This document shows positions 26,039 through 35,272 of a DNA stretch of 64,000 nt, piece after piece. Below the pieces are notes generated by a model. It was not told the origin of the DNA. It saw only the letters and a program-made list of their open reading frames with translations, and searched no databases. A program made the position numbers and the translations under genes. The stretch is from assembly GCA_963716395.1 (NCBI GenBank), contig OY970309.1:2368001-2432000 (forward strand), in the 5' to 3' direction. The stretch's first letter is position 1. Each line of letters starts with the position of its first letter. The stretch is from an uncultured Fibrobacteria bacterium (GTDB lineage Bacteria; Fibrobacterota; Fibrobacteria; UBA11236).

Positions 26039-27328
26039 ATGCATATCCATCGGGTCCGCTCTCCCCGCGAAGCCGAAGGCGCCGGTGTTCCGGCGGCCGC
26101 GCCGGCGTCGCTCAAGCCCGGCGAACTGTTCGTCAACCGCTTTCGCATCGTCCGGCATCTGGGCACAGGTAGCTTGTGTGCGACCTATCTCGCCGCCGAC
26201 GAGGATCAGGGCGAAGTCGTGCTCAAGGTGTTGCAGCCCCGCAAAGCCCTGAGTCCGGCTTACACCGAAGACTTTCTGTTCCTGGCGCGATCCGTGGCGC
26301 ATTACCGTCACCCCGGCATCGCGCGCGTGTTGGAGTCGGGCCGTGGCCAGGGTGAAGTCCATTACGTGATGGAAAAGATCGACGGCCCGCCGCTGCGCGC
26401 CTGGCTCTTCGAGCGTCTGACCTTCGCCAACCGCGTGGGGCCGGGGCTGGGACTCATACGACACCTGCTGGCGGTTTTCGAAGTAGTGCATGAACGCGGC
26501 TGTTACGGCGCCTTGAAACCCGAAAACGTGTTCATGCACCCGACGCGCGGCCCGGTGATCCTGGATTTCGGGGTGCCCGGTTTTCTCAGTCCGCAGGAAT
26601 TCGAGTTCAACGCCCATGCCCGCCGCTATTTGCCGTATATGGCGCCCGAGCTCAAACGCGACTGGAGCAATTTGCTGCCGCAAAGCGACGTGTATTCCCT
26701 GGGCGCGCTGTTGTATGAGATATTGGTGGGCCGCCCTCCGGCCTTGCCGTTGCAATTTCTGCCCAGTGAAGCCAGTGCCCGCTTCGGCCTGGCCGCCGAT
26801 GAAGTCGTGCTCAAGGCCATGGCCGAGAATCCCTTCGACCGTTATGACAGCCTCGAAGCCTTTGATGCCTCCTTGATCGGTCTGACGCAGGCCATCTTTG
26901 GCCCGGATTCGGTCGTACGCGAACCCGAAGCCGCGCCGCCGCCGTTTGCCGACGCGCCCTCCGTGGAAATGCCAGAGGCGTCCAATCCGGCCGACGCAGC
27001 AGCTCTCTATGAGTCCTCTGAGCAATCCGCCGAACCGGACGACGGAACCGACACCGAGACCTGGGAGCGCGAAGAGGTGTTCGTGCGCGCTACTCCCGAC
27101 AACGGCGTCGGGGTCGAGACCAGCCTGGCCGCCTTGTCGTGGAACCACATCGAGGGTGCAGGCGATGCCCCCGAAGCGGAGGACCAAGCCGCCGGGGCCT
27201 TCGCCAACGCCGGCAACCTGGTGGCGGGCGACGAAGGAGCCCCGTTTTTGATTTGGATTCTGCTGGGGGTTCTGGCCGTGGCGTTGTGCGTGTTGGCGGC
27301 CATGTTGGGTGCACCCGCGACACGGTGA
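26039..27328 (+). CDS. Hanks-type Ser/Thr kinase-fold protein, probable pseudokinase, C-terminal TM
   Basis: LGTGS, VLKV, YGALKPEN in place of HRDLKPEN, DFG, YMAPE, SDVYSLG; acidic linker; terminal TM. Confidence 0.85.
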   Translation: MHIHRVRSPREAEGAGVPAAAPASLKPGELFVNRFRIVRHLGTGSLCATYLAADEDQGEVVLKVLQPRKALSPAYTEDFLFLARSVAHYRHPGIARVLESGRGQGEVHYVMEKIDGPPLRAWLFERLTFANRVGPGLGLIRHLLAVFEVVHERGCYGALKPENVFMHPTRGPVILDFGVPGFLSPQEFEFNAHARRYLPYMAPELKRDWSNLLPQSDVYSLGALLYEILVGRPPALPLQFLPSEASARFGLAADEVVLKAMAENPFDRYDSLEAFDASLIGLTQAIFGPDSVVREPEAAPPPFADAPSVEMPEASNPADAAALYESSEQSAEPDDGTDTETWEREEVFVRATPDNGVGVETSLAALSWNHIEGAGDAPEAEDQAAGAFANAGNLVAGDEGAPFLIWILLGVLAVALCVLAAMLGAPATR

Positions 27329-27359
27329 ACTTTTTGACCTCCGGCCCCCGTCGTCCCGC

Positions 27360-27704
27360 ATGGTGATTCGCGTGCCCGGAGCGCGGCGGTTGCGGCATGG
27401 AGAAACCCGGGTCTTCGACGTGCCATCGAAATACGGCGGCTTGCAGGGATTCGTGATTTGCTATGGCGACGATTTTTTCGCGTATCTGAACCAATGCCGG
27501 CATTGGCCCATTCCGCTGGACGCGGGGGACGAAGATTTTTTCCATCCCGCCATCGACCGCATCCGCTGCAAAACCCACGGCGCCGTTTACCACCCGGCGA
27601 CGGGGTTGTGCGAGGCCGGGCCCTGCGCCTTCAGCAGACTCGACGCGTATTCCCTGCAACCCGACGGTGACGATGTGCTGGTGACGGTCCCGGATTCGGT
27701 TTAG
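27360..27704 (+). CDS. Rieske [2Fe-2S] ferredoxin
   Basis: NQCRH...CKTHG...GLCEAGPC. Confidence 0.9.
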   Translation: MVIRVPGARRLRHGETRVFDVPSKYGGLQGFVICYGDDFFAYLNQCRHWPIPLDAGDEDFFHPAIDRIRCKTHGAVYHPATGLCEAGPCAFSRLDAYSLQPDGDDVLVTVPDSV

Positions 27705-27803
27705 TCGGCCGGGGAGCAACGGGCGGCGCTGCGCGACCATCATTCATGGCACCAAGCCCGCGTAGTACGCTACAATCAAGCGGCGAAAATCCGCAGGCTT
27801 CCT

Positions 27804-28358
27804 ATGAAATCTTGGCTGCAACGCATGGCGGCAGGCGATCCCGCGCCGCTGGAGGCTCTGTACAATCGGTATGGCGGGGCGCTGTATTCCTTCGCCCTGG
27901 ACTTGGTGCGCCCACCCGAATCGGCCGCCGCCGTGGTCGAAGAGGTGTTCGTACGTCTGTGGGAGCAGGCGGGGGAATGGGAAGCCACCCCGGGAACCCT
28001 GTTCGGCAAATTGGTGGCGCTGACCCGCTATCATGCGCAAGACCGCCTGCGGGCCGCCGCTTTCCCCAACCGCAAACAGGAATGGGGCGGGGTGGAAAAT
28101 CCCGATGCCTTCGGTGGCGGCGACGACCCGGCCCCCGGCGACAAAATTCCGCTGGCTGAGCGCGCCGCGCGCGTGAATGCGGCCTGCGCGGCCCTGCCGG
28201 CGCGACGCCGCGAATTGTTGCAAGCCGCCTTCGGCGCCGGCGAACCCTGCACGCAACTGGCCGCGCGCTGCGAACTTGATCGCGCCGGCGTGGCGCGGGA
28301 ATGCCGCAAGGCCTTGGAAGCCCTGCATGAATTTTGGCGGGATTGGATGGACGCGTGA
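27804..28358 (+). CDS. ECF sigma factor (SigK-like, divergent)
   Basis: GDPAPLEALYNRY, EEVFVRLW, region 4 LPARRRELL; coupled to anti-sigma. Confidence 0.75.
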   Translation: MKSWLQRMAAGDPAPLEALYNRYGGALYSFALDLVRPPESAAAVVEEVFVRLWEQAGEWEATPGTLFGKLVALTRYHAQDRLRAAAFPNRKQEWGGVENPDAFGGGDDPAPGDKIPLAERAARVNAACAALPARRRELLQAAFGAGEPCTQLAARCELDRAGVARECRKALEALHEFWRDWMDA

Positions 28359-29170
28359 ATCCGGATTGGGAATCGCTGCGCGACTTCGCGGCGCTGCATG
28401 CCGTCGGCGCTTTGGACGGCGAAGAGCGCACCCGCCTGCTGGAGACGTTGCCCGCGCTTTCCGACGCCGAGCGCCGCGAGTACAACGAATTCGTCCGCAC
28501 GGCCCAATTGCTGGGTTTGGCCGCGCCGCAGGTCTTGCCGCCACCCGATCTCAAGCGCCGCATTTTCGCCCGCATCGGCGCCACTCCGGTGCCGGGAATG
28601 GGGTTCCAGATTCTGCGCGGATCGAATCCCTGGCTGTTGCGCCTGGCCGCGCGCTTCGGCCTTTCTTCGCTCGGGTTATTGCGCTGGGCCTTGGCCGGCT
28701 GGTTGGTGACCGTGGCGGCGCTGGCGATTGGGATTCTGTTTCTGCGGGGAGGCGATTCGGCGAAGGGCGGCGCCGGCACGGTGCAGACCTTGCAACGCGA
28801 ACGCGATACGGTGGCGGGCCTGCGTCGGAATCTCGCTCTCTTGGCGGCACCGCAGGCACAATGGATCTCCCTGCACGCCGCCGATTCGGGTTCGGCTTCG
28901 GGATCGGTGCTTTGGGATCCCCCATCGGGCGAGGCCTTGCTGCAAGAGCGGGGGCTGCCGATACAGCGGGAGTTTGTGCTTTGGGCGGCCGTCGACGGGC
29001 AGGCCACGCGCGTTTATCGCTTTCGACCGCAGCAGCAAGACGGTTCGTGGCGTATCGCCATGCCGCGGACAAGCAACCAGCGCATTTCCGAGTTTTGGAT
29101 CAGCGCACAACCCGACTCCGATTCCGTATTCCCCGGTGGAGCCCGATGGTTGCAGGGGGCGCCGCCTTGA
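28355..29170 (+). CDS. Anti-sigma factor (RskA-like)
   Basis: AALHAVGALDGEE, PPPDLKRRI, single TM, C-terminal FVLW...FWISAQP; GTGA overlap. Confidence 0.75.
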   Translation: MNPDWESLRDFAALHAVGALDGEERTRLLETLPALSDAERREYNEFVRTAQLLGLAAPQVLPPPDLKRRIFARIGATPVPGMGFQILRGSNPWLLRLAARFGLSSLGLLRWALAGWLVTVAALAIGILFLRGGDSAKGGAGTVQTLQRERDTVAGLRRNLALLAAPQAQWISLHAADSGSASGSVLWDPPSGEALLQERGLPIQREFVLWAAVDGQATRVYRFRPQQQDGSWRIAMPRTSNQRISEFWISAQPDSDSVFPGGARWLQGAPP

Positions 29171-29257
29171 GGCCTCACGGCGCGCGCGGCCATTTTCCGC
29201 TGAGAATCCGTCGGGAATATTCTTAGTTTGCCCAAAACTTCAGCGAGGAGACCCCCC

Positions 29258-30187
29258 ATGTTCACGCCCGCCTTCAACAGCGCCGCCGTCCAACGCCGCC
29301 GCGACCTCATGCCCGTCATCAACGCCGACAAACCCGGCAGCGGATTGCGGCACCCCGCGCCCAAAGGTGCGCGCATCTTCTGCGACTCGGCCACGCGGGG
29401 CGATATCGAACCCCTGCTCAAGGCCGGATTGATCCACGGCATCACCACCAATCCCACCTTGCTGAAAAAGGCCGGGGCGCATTCGTGGAATCATGCCAAG
29501 AAAATCATGCAGGAGTTGTGCTCGCTATTGCGGCCTTTTCCGGTGTCGCTCGAACTCACCGAATTGACCGAGGAGAAAATGGTGGCGCAGGCATCCGAGC
29601 TGGCGGCGCTGGGCGACAACGCCGTGATCAAGGTTCCCACCGGCGGCTATCCCGCCGTGGTTCCCGGAGCCGATCCGTTCACCGGATTCAAGGTGGTCCG
29701 CCGCCTGTGGGAACAGGGTGTGAAAACCAACGTCACCCTAATCTTCAACACCACGCAGGCGTTCTGGGCCGCCAATGCCGGGGCCACTTATGTGTCGCCC
29801 TTTCTGGGCCGGCTGGCCGATTATCTCTACAAGCACGATCAACCCGAGCGGCCGCATGGGAACAGTTTGTATTGGGTCGAGGATCACAAGAATTCCCGGG
29901 GCGATCAAGCCATCGCCAACAGCGAATACGTGGCTTCGGGCGGGGCGCCCAAAGACGCGGGCTCGCGCCTCATTTTCGAAATCGCCACGGCCTTCGCCAA
30001 TTATCAGATCACCACCGAAGTGCTGGCGGCCAGCATTCGCAATCCCGTGCAATTGACCGAATGCCTGCTGGCCGGGGCCGACATTCTTACCGTGCCTGCC
30101 GCCGTGCTGCAAACCGTGGCCACCCATCCGCTCAGCGACGAAGGTATGCAGGCGTTTTTGGAGGATTCCAAAGCCTTCAGCGCCTGA
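29258..30187 (+). CDS. tal: Transaldolase (TalC type) with insertions
   Basis: IFCDSA, GITTNPTL, VSLE, VIKVP (Schiff-base Lys), TNVTLIF, YVSPFLGR, LAASIR; GAGGAG RBS. Confidence 0.88.
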   Translation: MFTPAFNSAAVQRRRDLMPVINADKPGSGLRHPAPKGARIFCDSATRGDIEPLLKAGLIHGITTNPTLLKKAGAHSWNHAKKIMQELCSLLRPFPVSLELTELTEEKMVAQASELAALGDNAVIKVPTGGYPAVVPGADPFTGFKVVRRLWEQGVKTNVTLIFNTTQAFWAANAGATYVSPFLGRLADYLYKHDQPERPHGNSLYWVEDHKNSRGDQAIANSEYVASGGAPKDAGSRLIFEIATAFANYQITTEVLAASIRNPVQLTECLLAGADILTVPAAVLQTVATHPLSDEGMQAFLEDSKAFSA

Positions 30188-30193
30188 ACCGAT

Positions 30194-30226
30194 TTTCAGC
30201 GCAGGGCTCCAGGCCCTGCGCTGAAA
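30194..30226. terminator. 14-bp perfect hairpin between convergent genes
   Basis: TTTCAGCGCAGGGC-tccag-GCCCTGCGCTGAAA. Confidence 0.65.
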
Positions 30227-30232
30227 TGAACT

Positions 30233-30709
30233 TTAATGGGTTTTGGCCGTGTCTTTGGCGGCACCCGAATCGGAGGGCGGGGCGTTTTGTTTGGTTACGG
30301 TAATGTGGATTTGCTGTTCGATTTGCGGGTCGTACGGCACATGATTGCCTTTGGCGAATTGCAAAGTCAGGGTATGTTCGCCCAGCGGCAAGTCCAAGGT
30401 GGTTACGGTATCGCCTTTCCCGAAATGCAGATGGTGGGCGTCTTTCGGAATCGGATTCGGCGCGTCGGTGACGGGCGCATCGATGATGATGTGGAAATGG
30501 CCGTGCCCGTCGGTGACGCCTTGGGAGGCGGGTTCGACCACGAGGCCCTCGGCTTTCATTTCAACCTTGAAAGGGCTGGTCACCTGTTCGCCGTCGGATA
30601 GATTTCCGAAATAAACCCGGCGTGTTTCGGTTTTATGGCAGGCCCAGAGTCCACCGAGCAGTGCCAAGGTCAGCAGCGAGATTGGGGAACGAAACGGATG
30701 AATACGCAT
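30233..30709 (-). CDS. DUF4399-family lipoprotein
   Basis: Lipobox LWAC; GHFHIIID, HLHFGKG, GEHTLTLQ motifs. Confidence 0.85.
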   Translation of the reverse strand: MRIHPFRSPISLLTLALLGGLWACHKTETRRVYFGNLSDGEQVTSPFKVEMKAEGLVVEPASQGVTDGHGHFHIIIDAPVTDAPNPIPKDAHHLHFGKGDTVTTLDLPLGEHTLTLQFAKGNHVPYDPQIEQQIHITVTKQNAPPSDSGAAKDTAKTH

Positions 30710-30818
30710 ATCGCCTCCGCAGGTTTAAGGGTGAAAACCGTGCATAAATTAACAACCTGCGCCGCGCGAACCCGCCCGCGCCGGTAAATCAATTCGTAAT
30801 ATTTATATCGATTAAATT

Positions 30819-31175
30819 TTAATTTCGGAGGCGCAGCGCCAGCCAGCCCCAGCCGGCCAGGAAGCACAGGCCGCCCAAGGGGGTGATGGCGCCGAGGGGC
30901 TTGAGGCCGGTCAACGCCAAGGCGTACAGACTGCCCGAAAAAAACACGATGCCGACGGCGAGCAAAATCCCGCCGGTCCGAATCCCGGCCCCGGAGGCTT
31001 TGGCGTACAGGCCCAGGGCGAACAACGCCACCGCATGGATGAGGTGATAGAACGCCGCCGTATGCCAGATTTGCAGGGCTTCCGGGCTCAGACGCGTTTT
31101 CAGCCCATGGGCGCCGAAGGCGCCCATGGCCACCGCCGCCAAGGCCAAGCCGGCGCCGAGGCGCGCGAAACCCAA
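30819..31175 (-). CDS. DUF423 (YgdD/TMEM256) membrane protein
   Basis: GAFGAHGL, TAAFYHLIH, FSGSLY, GAITPLGG. Confidence 0.92.
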   Translation of the reverse strand: MGFARLGAGLALAAVAMGAFGAHGLKTRLSPEALQIWHTAAFYHLIHAVALFALGLYAKASGAGIRTGGILLAVGIVFFSGSLYALALTGLKPLGAITPLGGLCFLAGWGWLALRLRN

Positions 31176-31177
31176 TT

Positions 31178-31942
31178 TTACACCTTGCCCAGTTGGTTGG
31201 CGCGCACGAAGCCGCCCTGGCCGTTGGCCAGTTTCACCGACAGCCAGTCGCCGTGCTCTTCGACGATTTCGAATTCGGTGCCTTCATGCACCTTGGCCAG
31301 CACCTGGTAGTTGTCGCCCGGGCCGCTGTACAGATCGATGGCGGGATCCAGCACCACGCCGTAATGCACGGTTTCGAGCCGATCGATTTTATACACCAAC
31401 GAAGGCGTCAGCACCAGCAGCACGAGCAGAACCCCGGCGCCGCCCGTCCAGGCCAGCCCCCTCCAGACGCCGCCCACCAACACCGCCAAGGTGGCGAAGG
31501 CGAACAACAAGGCGTACAAAGCAAAAGCGGCCCACAATCCGTCGCGGGCGGTGTAGGCGGTATGCACCTTCCACAATAACCGCGTCAAGAGGGTGGGGGC
31601 GGGTTCGGGAACCTTGTCGGCGACATTGGCTTTGGCAAAGCGCAGATTATACTCGATGTCGGCATCGGTGGGATCGAGTTTGTGGGCCCGTTCGTAATAC
31701 AGAACGGCCGGTCCCAGTTTGTTCAAGCGGTAAAGCGCATCCCCGTAGTTGTAATCCAGATGGGCATTGGCCACGCCCAAATCCACGGCCTTTTGGTAGT
31801 CGGCCGCGGCGTCGGTGAAATGCCCCTGTTCGTAGGCCTGGTTTCCCTTATGGAACCACGCCGTGGCTTCGCTCACGTCCGAGGCCACGGCCCGGCCCAG
31901 ACCCAGGCCGGCGAGGAGCAGCGCACCGCACATCCACCGCAT
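31178..31942 (-). CDS. batE: BatE-like TPR + SH3 membrane protein
   Basis: GNQAYEQG, LYYERA, DIEYNL; two TMs; SH3b (LYSGPG...VHEG...W); last Bat gene. Confidence 0.85.
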   Translation of the reverse strand: MRWMCGALLLAGLGLGRAVASDVSEATAWFHKGNQAYEQGHFTDAAADYQKAVDLGVANAHLDYNYGDALYRLNKLGPAVLYYERAHKLDPTDADIEYNLRFAKANVADKVPEPAPTLLTRLLWKVHTAYTARDGLWAAFALYALLFAFATLAVLVGGVWRGLAWTGGAGVLLVLLVLTPSLVYKIDRLETVHYGVVLDPAIDLYSGPGDNYQVLAKVHEGTEFEIVEEHGDWLSVKLANGQGGFVRANQLGKV

Positions 31943-33750
31943 TAGCCCAACTCCTTGGACAGTTTTTCCAGCAGACTTTGAGCCTGCGCCAAATCTTTTT
32001 TGCGTTCCTCTTCGGAACCCGACAGGCCGCCGAATTGGCCGAAGTCGCACCGCAACAGCAAGGCCTCGTAGCCCTGGATGGTTTCGGGTTTGACGCCGCG
32101 CCCGGCCAGTGCCGATTTGGCCTCTTCCAGCGTGATGCCGCGGAATTCGACATTGGTGCAGTCGCTGGCGAATTCCATGGCGGCTTCCGACAAGGCGTGG
32201 TAGAAGCTGCGCGCCTCGCCCGAACTCAGGGCCTGCTGCGCGGTTTTCAGGCGCCGCCGCAATTGTGCGTCGGCCCGGGAGCGCCGCTGCAGCGCGGCGT
32301 CGGTGCGCAGGCGTTCGGAACGGCGGCGCAGCACCAAGGTGCCGGCAAAGGCCAGGGGCGGCAGGAGGAACAGCCCCGGGAACCAAAGATGGTGGTAGGG
32401 GAGATCGCCCTGATCCTCCAGGGTTGCGTCGTCGGTTTTGATGTGGCGGATGTCCGATCCCAGTTCGGCGATTTCGCGCTGGGTCATGGCGCGTGCCAGC
32501 GGCATTTCGCTCTCTTTGCCCGGCGCGATTTGCAAAGTGATGGGGCTGCCAGTGGCGCGCGCGTAAACGCCGCGATGCGGGTCGAAATAGGGAAATTCAA
32601 TGTCTTGCAGATTATAGGTTCCCTGGCGATGCGGAATGAGCACGTATTTGAAGGTCTTCACCGTCCACAGGGTGTTACCCTCCAAAGTGGTGGTGGTGTT
32701 TTCCTCCGGGTCATAGACTTCGAAGGCCGAAAGATCGGGAAGCACCGGCTTGGTGATCGACTTGGGTTGGCCGTTGCCGCGGATGGTCACGGTCAAGGTG
32801 ATGGCGTCGCCGGCTGCCGCCGAGGTTTTGTCCACCGCTGCGGTGAGGCTGTAGGTACCCACCGATCCGGTGAACCCCGTGGGCGCGCCGTCGGGCAAAG
32901 GCAACACCTCCATTTTCAGCGGTTCGGCCATGGCTTTCTGGTTCACGATGCGTGCGGCGCCGAAGAAATCGTCGTCGAACATGTCGAACAGCGATCCGGT
33001 TTGACGGCGCGGGGCGCGGCGCACCTGCTGGTATTCCACGGGAATGCCATCCAGGCTGGCCGGACCGGAGAGCAGCGGAAACAAGGCGATATGGATGTCG
33101 AAGACCTGTTCCGGTTGCCCGCCGATGGTCACGGTTTTGGGGGTCACGTTTTTTTCCAGGCGCTCGAAGTAAAATTTTTCGCCGATCAGCTTCTGCAAAT
33201 CCTCGGGCAAATTGATCGACTGCACGCCGGCCTTGGGGATGATGCGCAACGTGTACAGCACCTGTTCGCCCACGTACGCCTTGTTTCTGTTGAGCGTGGC
33301 CTGGGTGGTGAGGCCGGCTTCGGATTTGGCCACATTGACGGTGGCCGATCCCAAATCCTGGCTGAAATCTTTGTAAGTGTAGTGGATGGGACCGAGCGCG
33401 TAGCTGCCGGGCTTGGTCGCGGTGAGCGCGTAGACGAAATTGGTGACGTAATACTCGTTTTGGCTGACGTGGCCGTTTACGATGGTGGTTTGTGATCCCG
33501 AAGTGGTGGACGTGCTTTTGGAAACCTGAAACGGTTCCAAGCCCTGCACCTCGGGCCAGGGTAAATTCTCTTTTTTGTCCGCCGAAACCTGAACCGTGAG
33601 CTGAAAGCTTTCGCCGGTCATCACCTGGCTGCCGCTGAGCGACGCGCTGGCCGACAACACCGCGGCGTGCGCCGGCAAGGCCCCCAGCAATGCGGCGGCC
33701 GCGAACAAAACGCTACGGTATACGGGAGTCTTCGGGAGCGCGTCGTGCAT
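31942..33750 (-). CDS. batD: BatD family protein
   Basis: Signal peptide, three Ig-like repeats, YVGEQV, FTGSVG, FPYFDP, DIRHIK, TM; start may be 33756. Confidence 0.88.
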   Translation of the reverse strand: MHDALPKTPVYRSVLFAAAALLGALPAHAAVLSASASLSGSQVMTGESFQLTVQVSADKKENLPWPEVQGLEPFQVSKSTSTTSGSQTTIVNGHVSQNEYYVTNFVYALTATKPGSYALGPIHYTYKDFSQDLGSATVNVAKSEAGLTTQATLNRNKAYVGEQVLYTLRIIPKAGVQSINLPEDLQKLIGEKFYFERLEKNVTPKTVTIGGQPEQVFDIHIALFPLLSGPASLDGIPVEYQQVRRAPRRQTGSLFDMFDDDFFGAARIVNQKAMAEPLKMEVLPLPDGAPTGFTGSVGTYSLTAAVDKTSAAAGDAITLTVTIRGNGQPKSITKPVLPDLSAFEVYDPEENTTTTLEGNTLWTVKTFKYVLIPHRQGTYNLQDIEFPYFDPHRGVYARATGSPITLQIAPGKESEMPLARAMTQREIAELGSDIRHIKTDDATLEDQGDLPYHHLWFPGLFLLPPLAFAGTLVLRRRSERLRTDAALQRRSRADAQLRRRLKTAQQALSSGEARSFYHALSEAAMEFASDCTNVEFRGITLEEAKSALAGRGVKPETIQGYEALLLRCDFGQFGGLSGSEEERKKDLAQAQSLLEKLSKELG

Positions 33751-34355
33751 CACCAATCCTGCTCCACCTCGGGACGGGGATGTTGGGGCATGAGCCGTTG
33801 GCGCTGCTCTTGTTTTTCCGCGTCCTCAAAGGAATTTAACAATCGTTCCGCATCGGCTTTGCTCATTTCGCCGGGCTTGGGTTTTTCGTTTTCGTTTCCC
33901 GCGCCCGTATCGGCTTGGCCTGCATGGGCCGCTTCGGGCGGTTTTGTTCCGGAACTGTCCTGGGGAGATTTTTGCTTTTGGCCCGGTTGCTGCTTCGGAT
34001 TCTTTTCGCCGTTTTGTTTTTGATTCTGATTCTGCTGGTTTTGCGGATTCTGATCTGGCTTTTGGTTTTTCCCGTTCGGTTGTTTCGGGGAGTTCTGAGG
34101 TGGCTGGGAGCCGCCGCCGCTTTGGTTTTCGTCTTGGCGCTGCTGCTTTTGCATGCGGTGGAGCAATTCGTCGAGCATCTTGAGATGTTCGTCCTGCGGA
34201 TAGTGGCGCACGCCTTCGTCGGCTTTGATGACGGCTTCTTGCTGCCGCCCTGCCACATACAGATACGACGCGCCGTGAAAGTAATCGCCGGCGCTCTGGG
34301 CCGCGGCCAACGCGGCGGCGGGCAGGCAGCAGAGCAGCAGGGCGGCGGTTTTCAT
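33750..34355 (-). CDS. BatC C-terminal-like secreted protein with Q/N-rich linker
   Basis: Signal peptide, short TPR-like hairpin, Q/N/K/P-rich region, MSKADAERLL...EQDW tail. Confidence 0.75.
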   Translation of the reverse strand: MKTAALLLCCLPAAALAAAQSAGDYFHGASYLYVAGRQQEAVIKADEGVRHYPQDEHLKMLDELLHRMQKQQRQDENQSGGGSQPPQNSPKQPNGKNQKPDQNPQNQQNQNQKQNGEKNPKQQPGQKQKSPQDSSGTKPPEAAHAGQADTGAGNENEKPKPGEMSKADAERLLNSFEDAEKQEQRQRLMPQHPRPEVEQDW

Positions 34356-35272
34356 ATCACGCCCGTCCCATTCTGTTGCGCGCGCGGATCCCCCTGCAGG
34401 GGCACGGCCGGCTTTTGGCCCTTCAATATTTTGGAGATGTCATCCAGACGTTGCAAATAGCTCTGGAACGAGGCCGCGGTCGCATCGTCGCGCAAAATGT
34501 TTTCCAGCACGGTTTTGGCGTCGTCATAACGCTGCCATTGGGTCAGTTGCAAGGCCCGGGCCAGCGCCTCTTGGGCGCGTTGATCGGGCTCGGGCGGTTT
34601 TTTATGCGCGCCGGAGTTTTGCTGCTGCTGTTGCTGGCGCTTCAACAACTCCTTGAGGCGCGCCTGCACTACTTCGATGTTGCGCTTGGCGTCGCGGTTG
34701 TCGGGTTGAAGTTCCAACGACTTTTTGTAATGCGCCAGGGCGTCGCGGTAATCCGAAATCCCCTCCTGGCGGCCGGCTTGCAATTCGGCTTCGCCCTTGC
34801 GGAAATGCGCGTTGCCGAGATTGTAATAGGCCTTGGCCGTGAGTTTCGCGTCGCGGCCGGACAGGGCCTTGGTGTAGGCCGCGATGGCGTCGTCGTAACG
34901 CTTCTGGCGGTAATCGGCGTCGCCCATGTCATAGGCCAGAATCTGCGACCCGGGTTGGTCGAGCGCGGCTTCGGCGTATTTTTGCAGCGCTTGATCATAA
35001 TCTTTGCGGCGGTAGGCGCGGTTGGCCTGCTCGGCCGCCGAACCCTGCAGTCCCAGCGAGCGCAGAATGCGGGTGAACAGCCCCGGGCCGTGTTCGGGAA
35101 CGTTGTACTTGGATAAAAGGTCGGCGCTGGTCCCGACCGGAGCGGTTGTGTCGACGCCGGGTGCGCTTGGCGTCGGGGCGGCGGTATCGTCGGCCGCCGG
35201 TAAATGCGTGATCAGGCCGAAAAGCACCAGGGCTACGGCGGCTCCTCCGCCCAACCAGCGATGGCCCGTCAT
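34352..35272 (-). CDS. BatC N-terminal-like TPR protein
   Basis: ANRAYRRKDY, AYYNLGNAHF, YKKSLELQPDNRDAKRNIE. Confidence 0.8.
   Translation of the reverse strand: MTGHRWLGGGAAVALVLFGLITHLPAADDTAAPTPSAPGVDTTAPVGTSADLLSKYNVPEHGPGLFTRILRSLGLQGSAAEQANRAYRRKDYDQALQKYAEAALDQPGSQILAYDMGDADYRQKRYDDAIAAYTKALSGRDAKLTAKAYYNLGNAHFRKGEAELQAGRQEGISDYRDALAHYKKSLELQPDNRDAKRNIEVVQARLKELLKRQQQQQQNSGAHKKPPEPDQRAQEALARALQLTQWQRYDDAKTVLENILRDDATAASFQSYLQRLDDISKILKGQKPAVPLQGDPRAQQNGTGVI

Noticed and set aside
27747-27761. TGGCAC-containing GG-N10-GC motif upstream of the ECF sigma
   Set aside because: The -12 element is CCGC rather than TTGC, no enhancer is seen, and a TACAAT -10 nearby explains the promoter as well
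33960-34150. Q/N-rich stretch as a tandem DNA repeat
   Set aside because: Ordinary low-complexity BatC linker with no exact repeat unit
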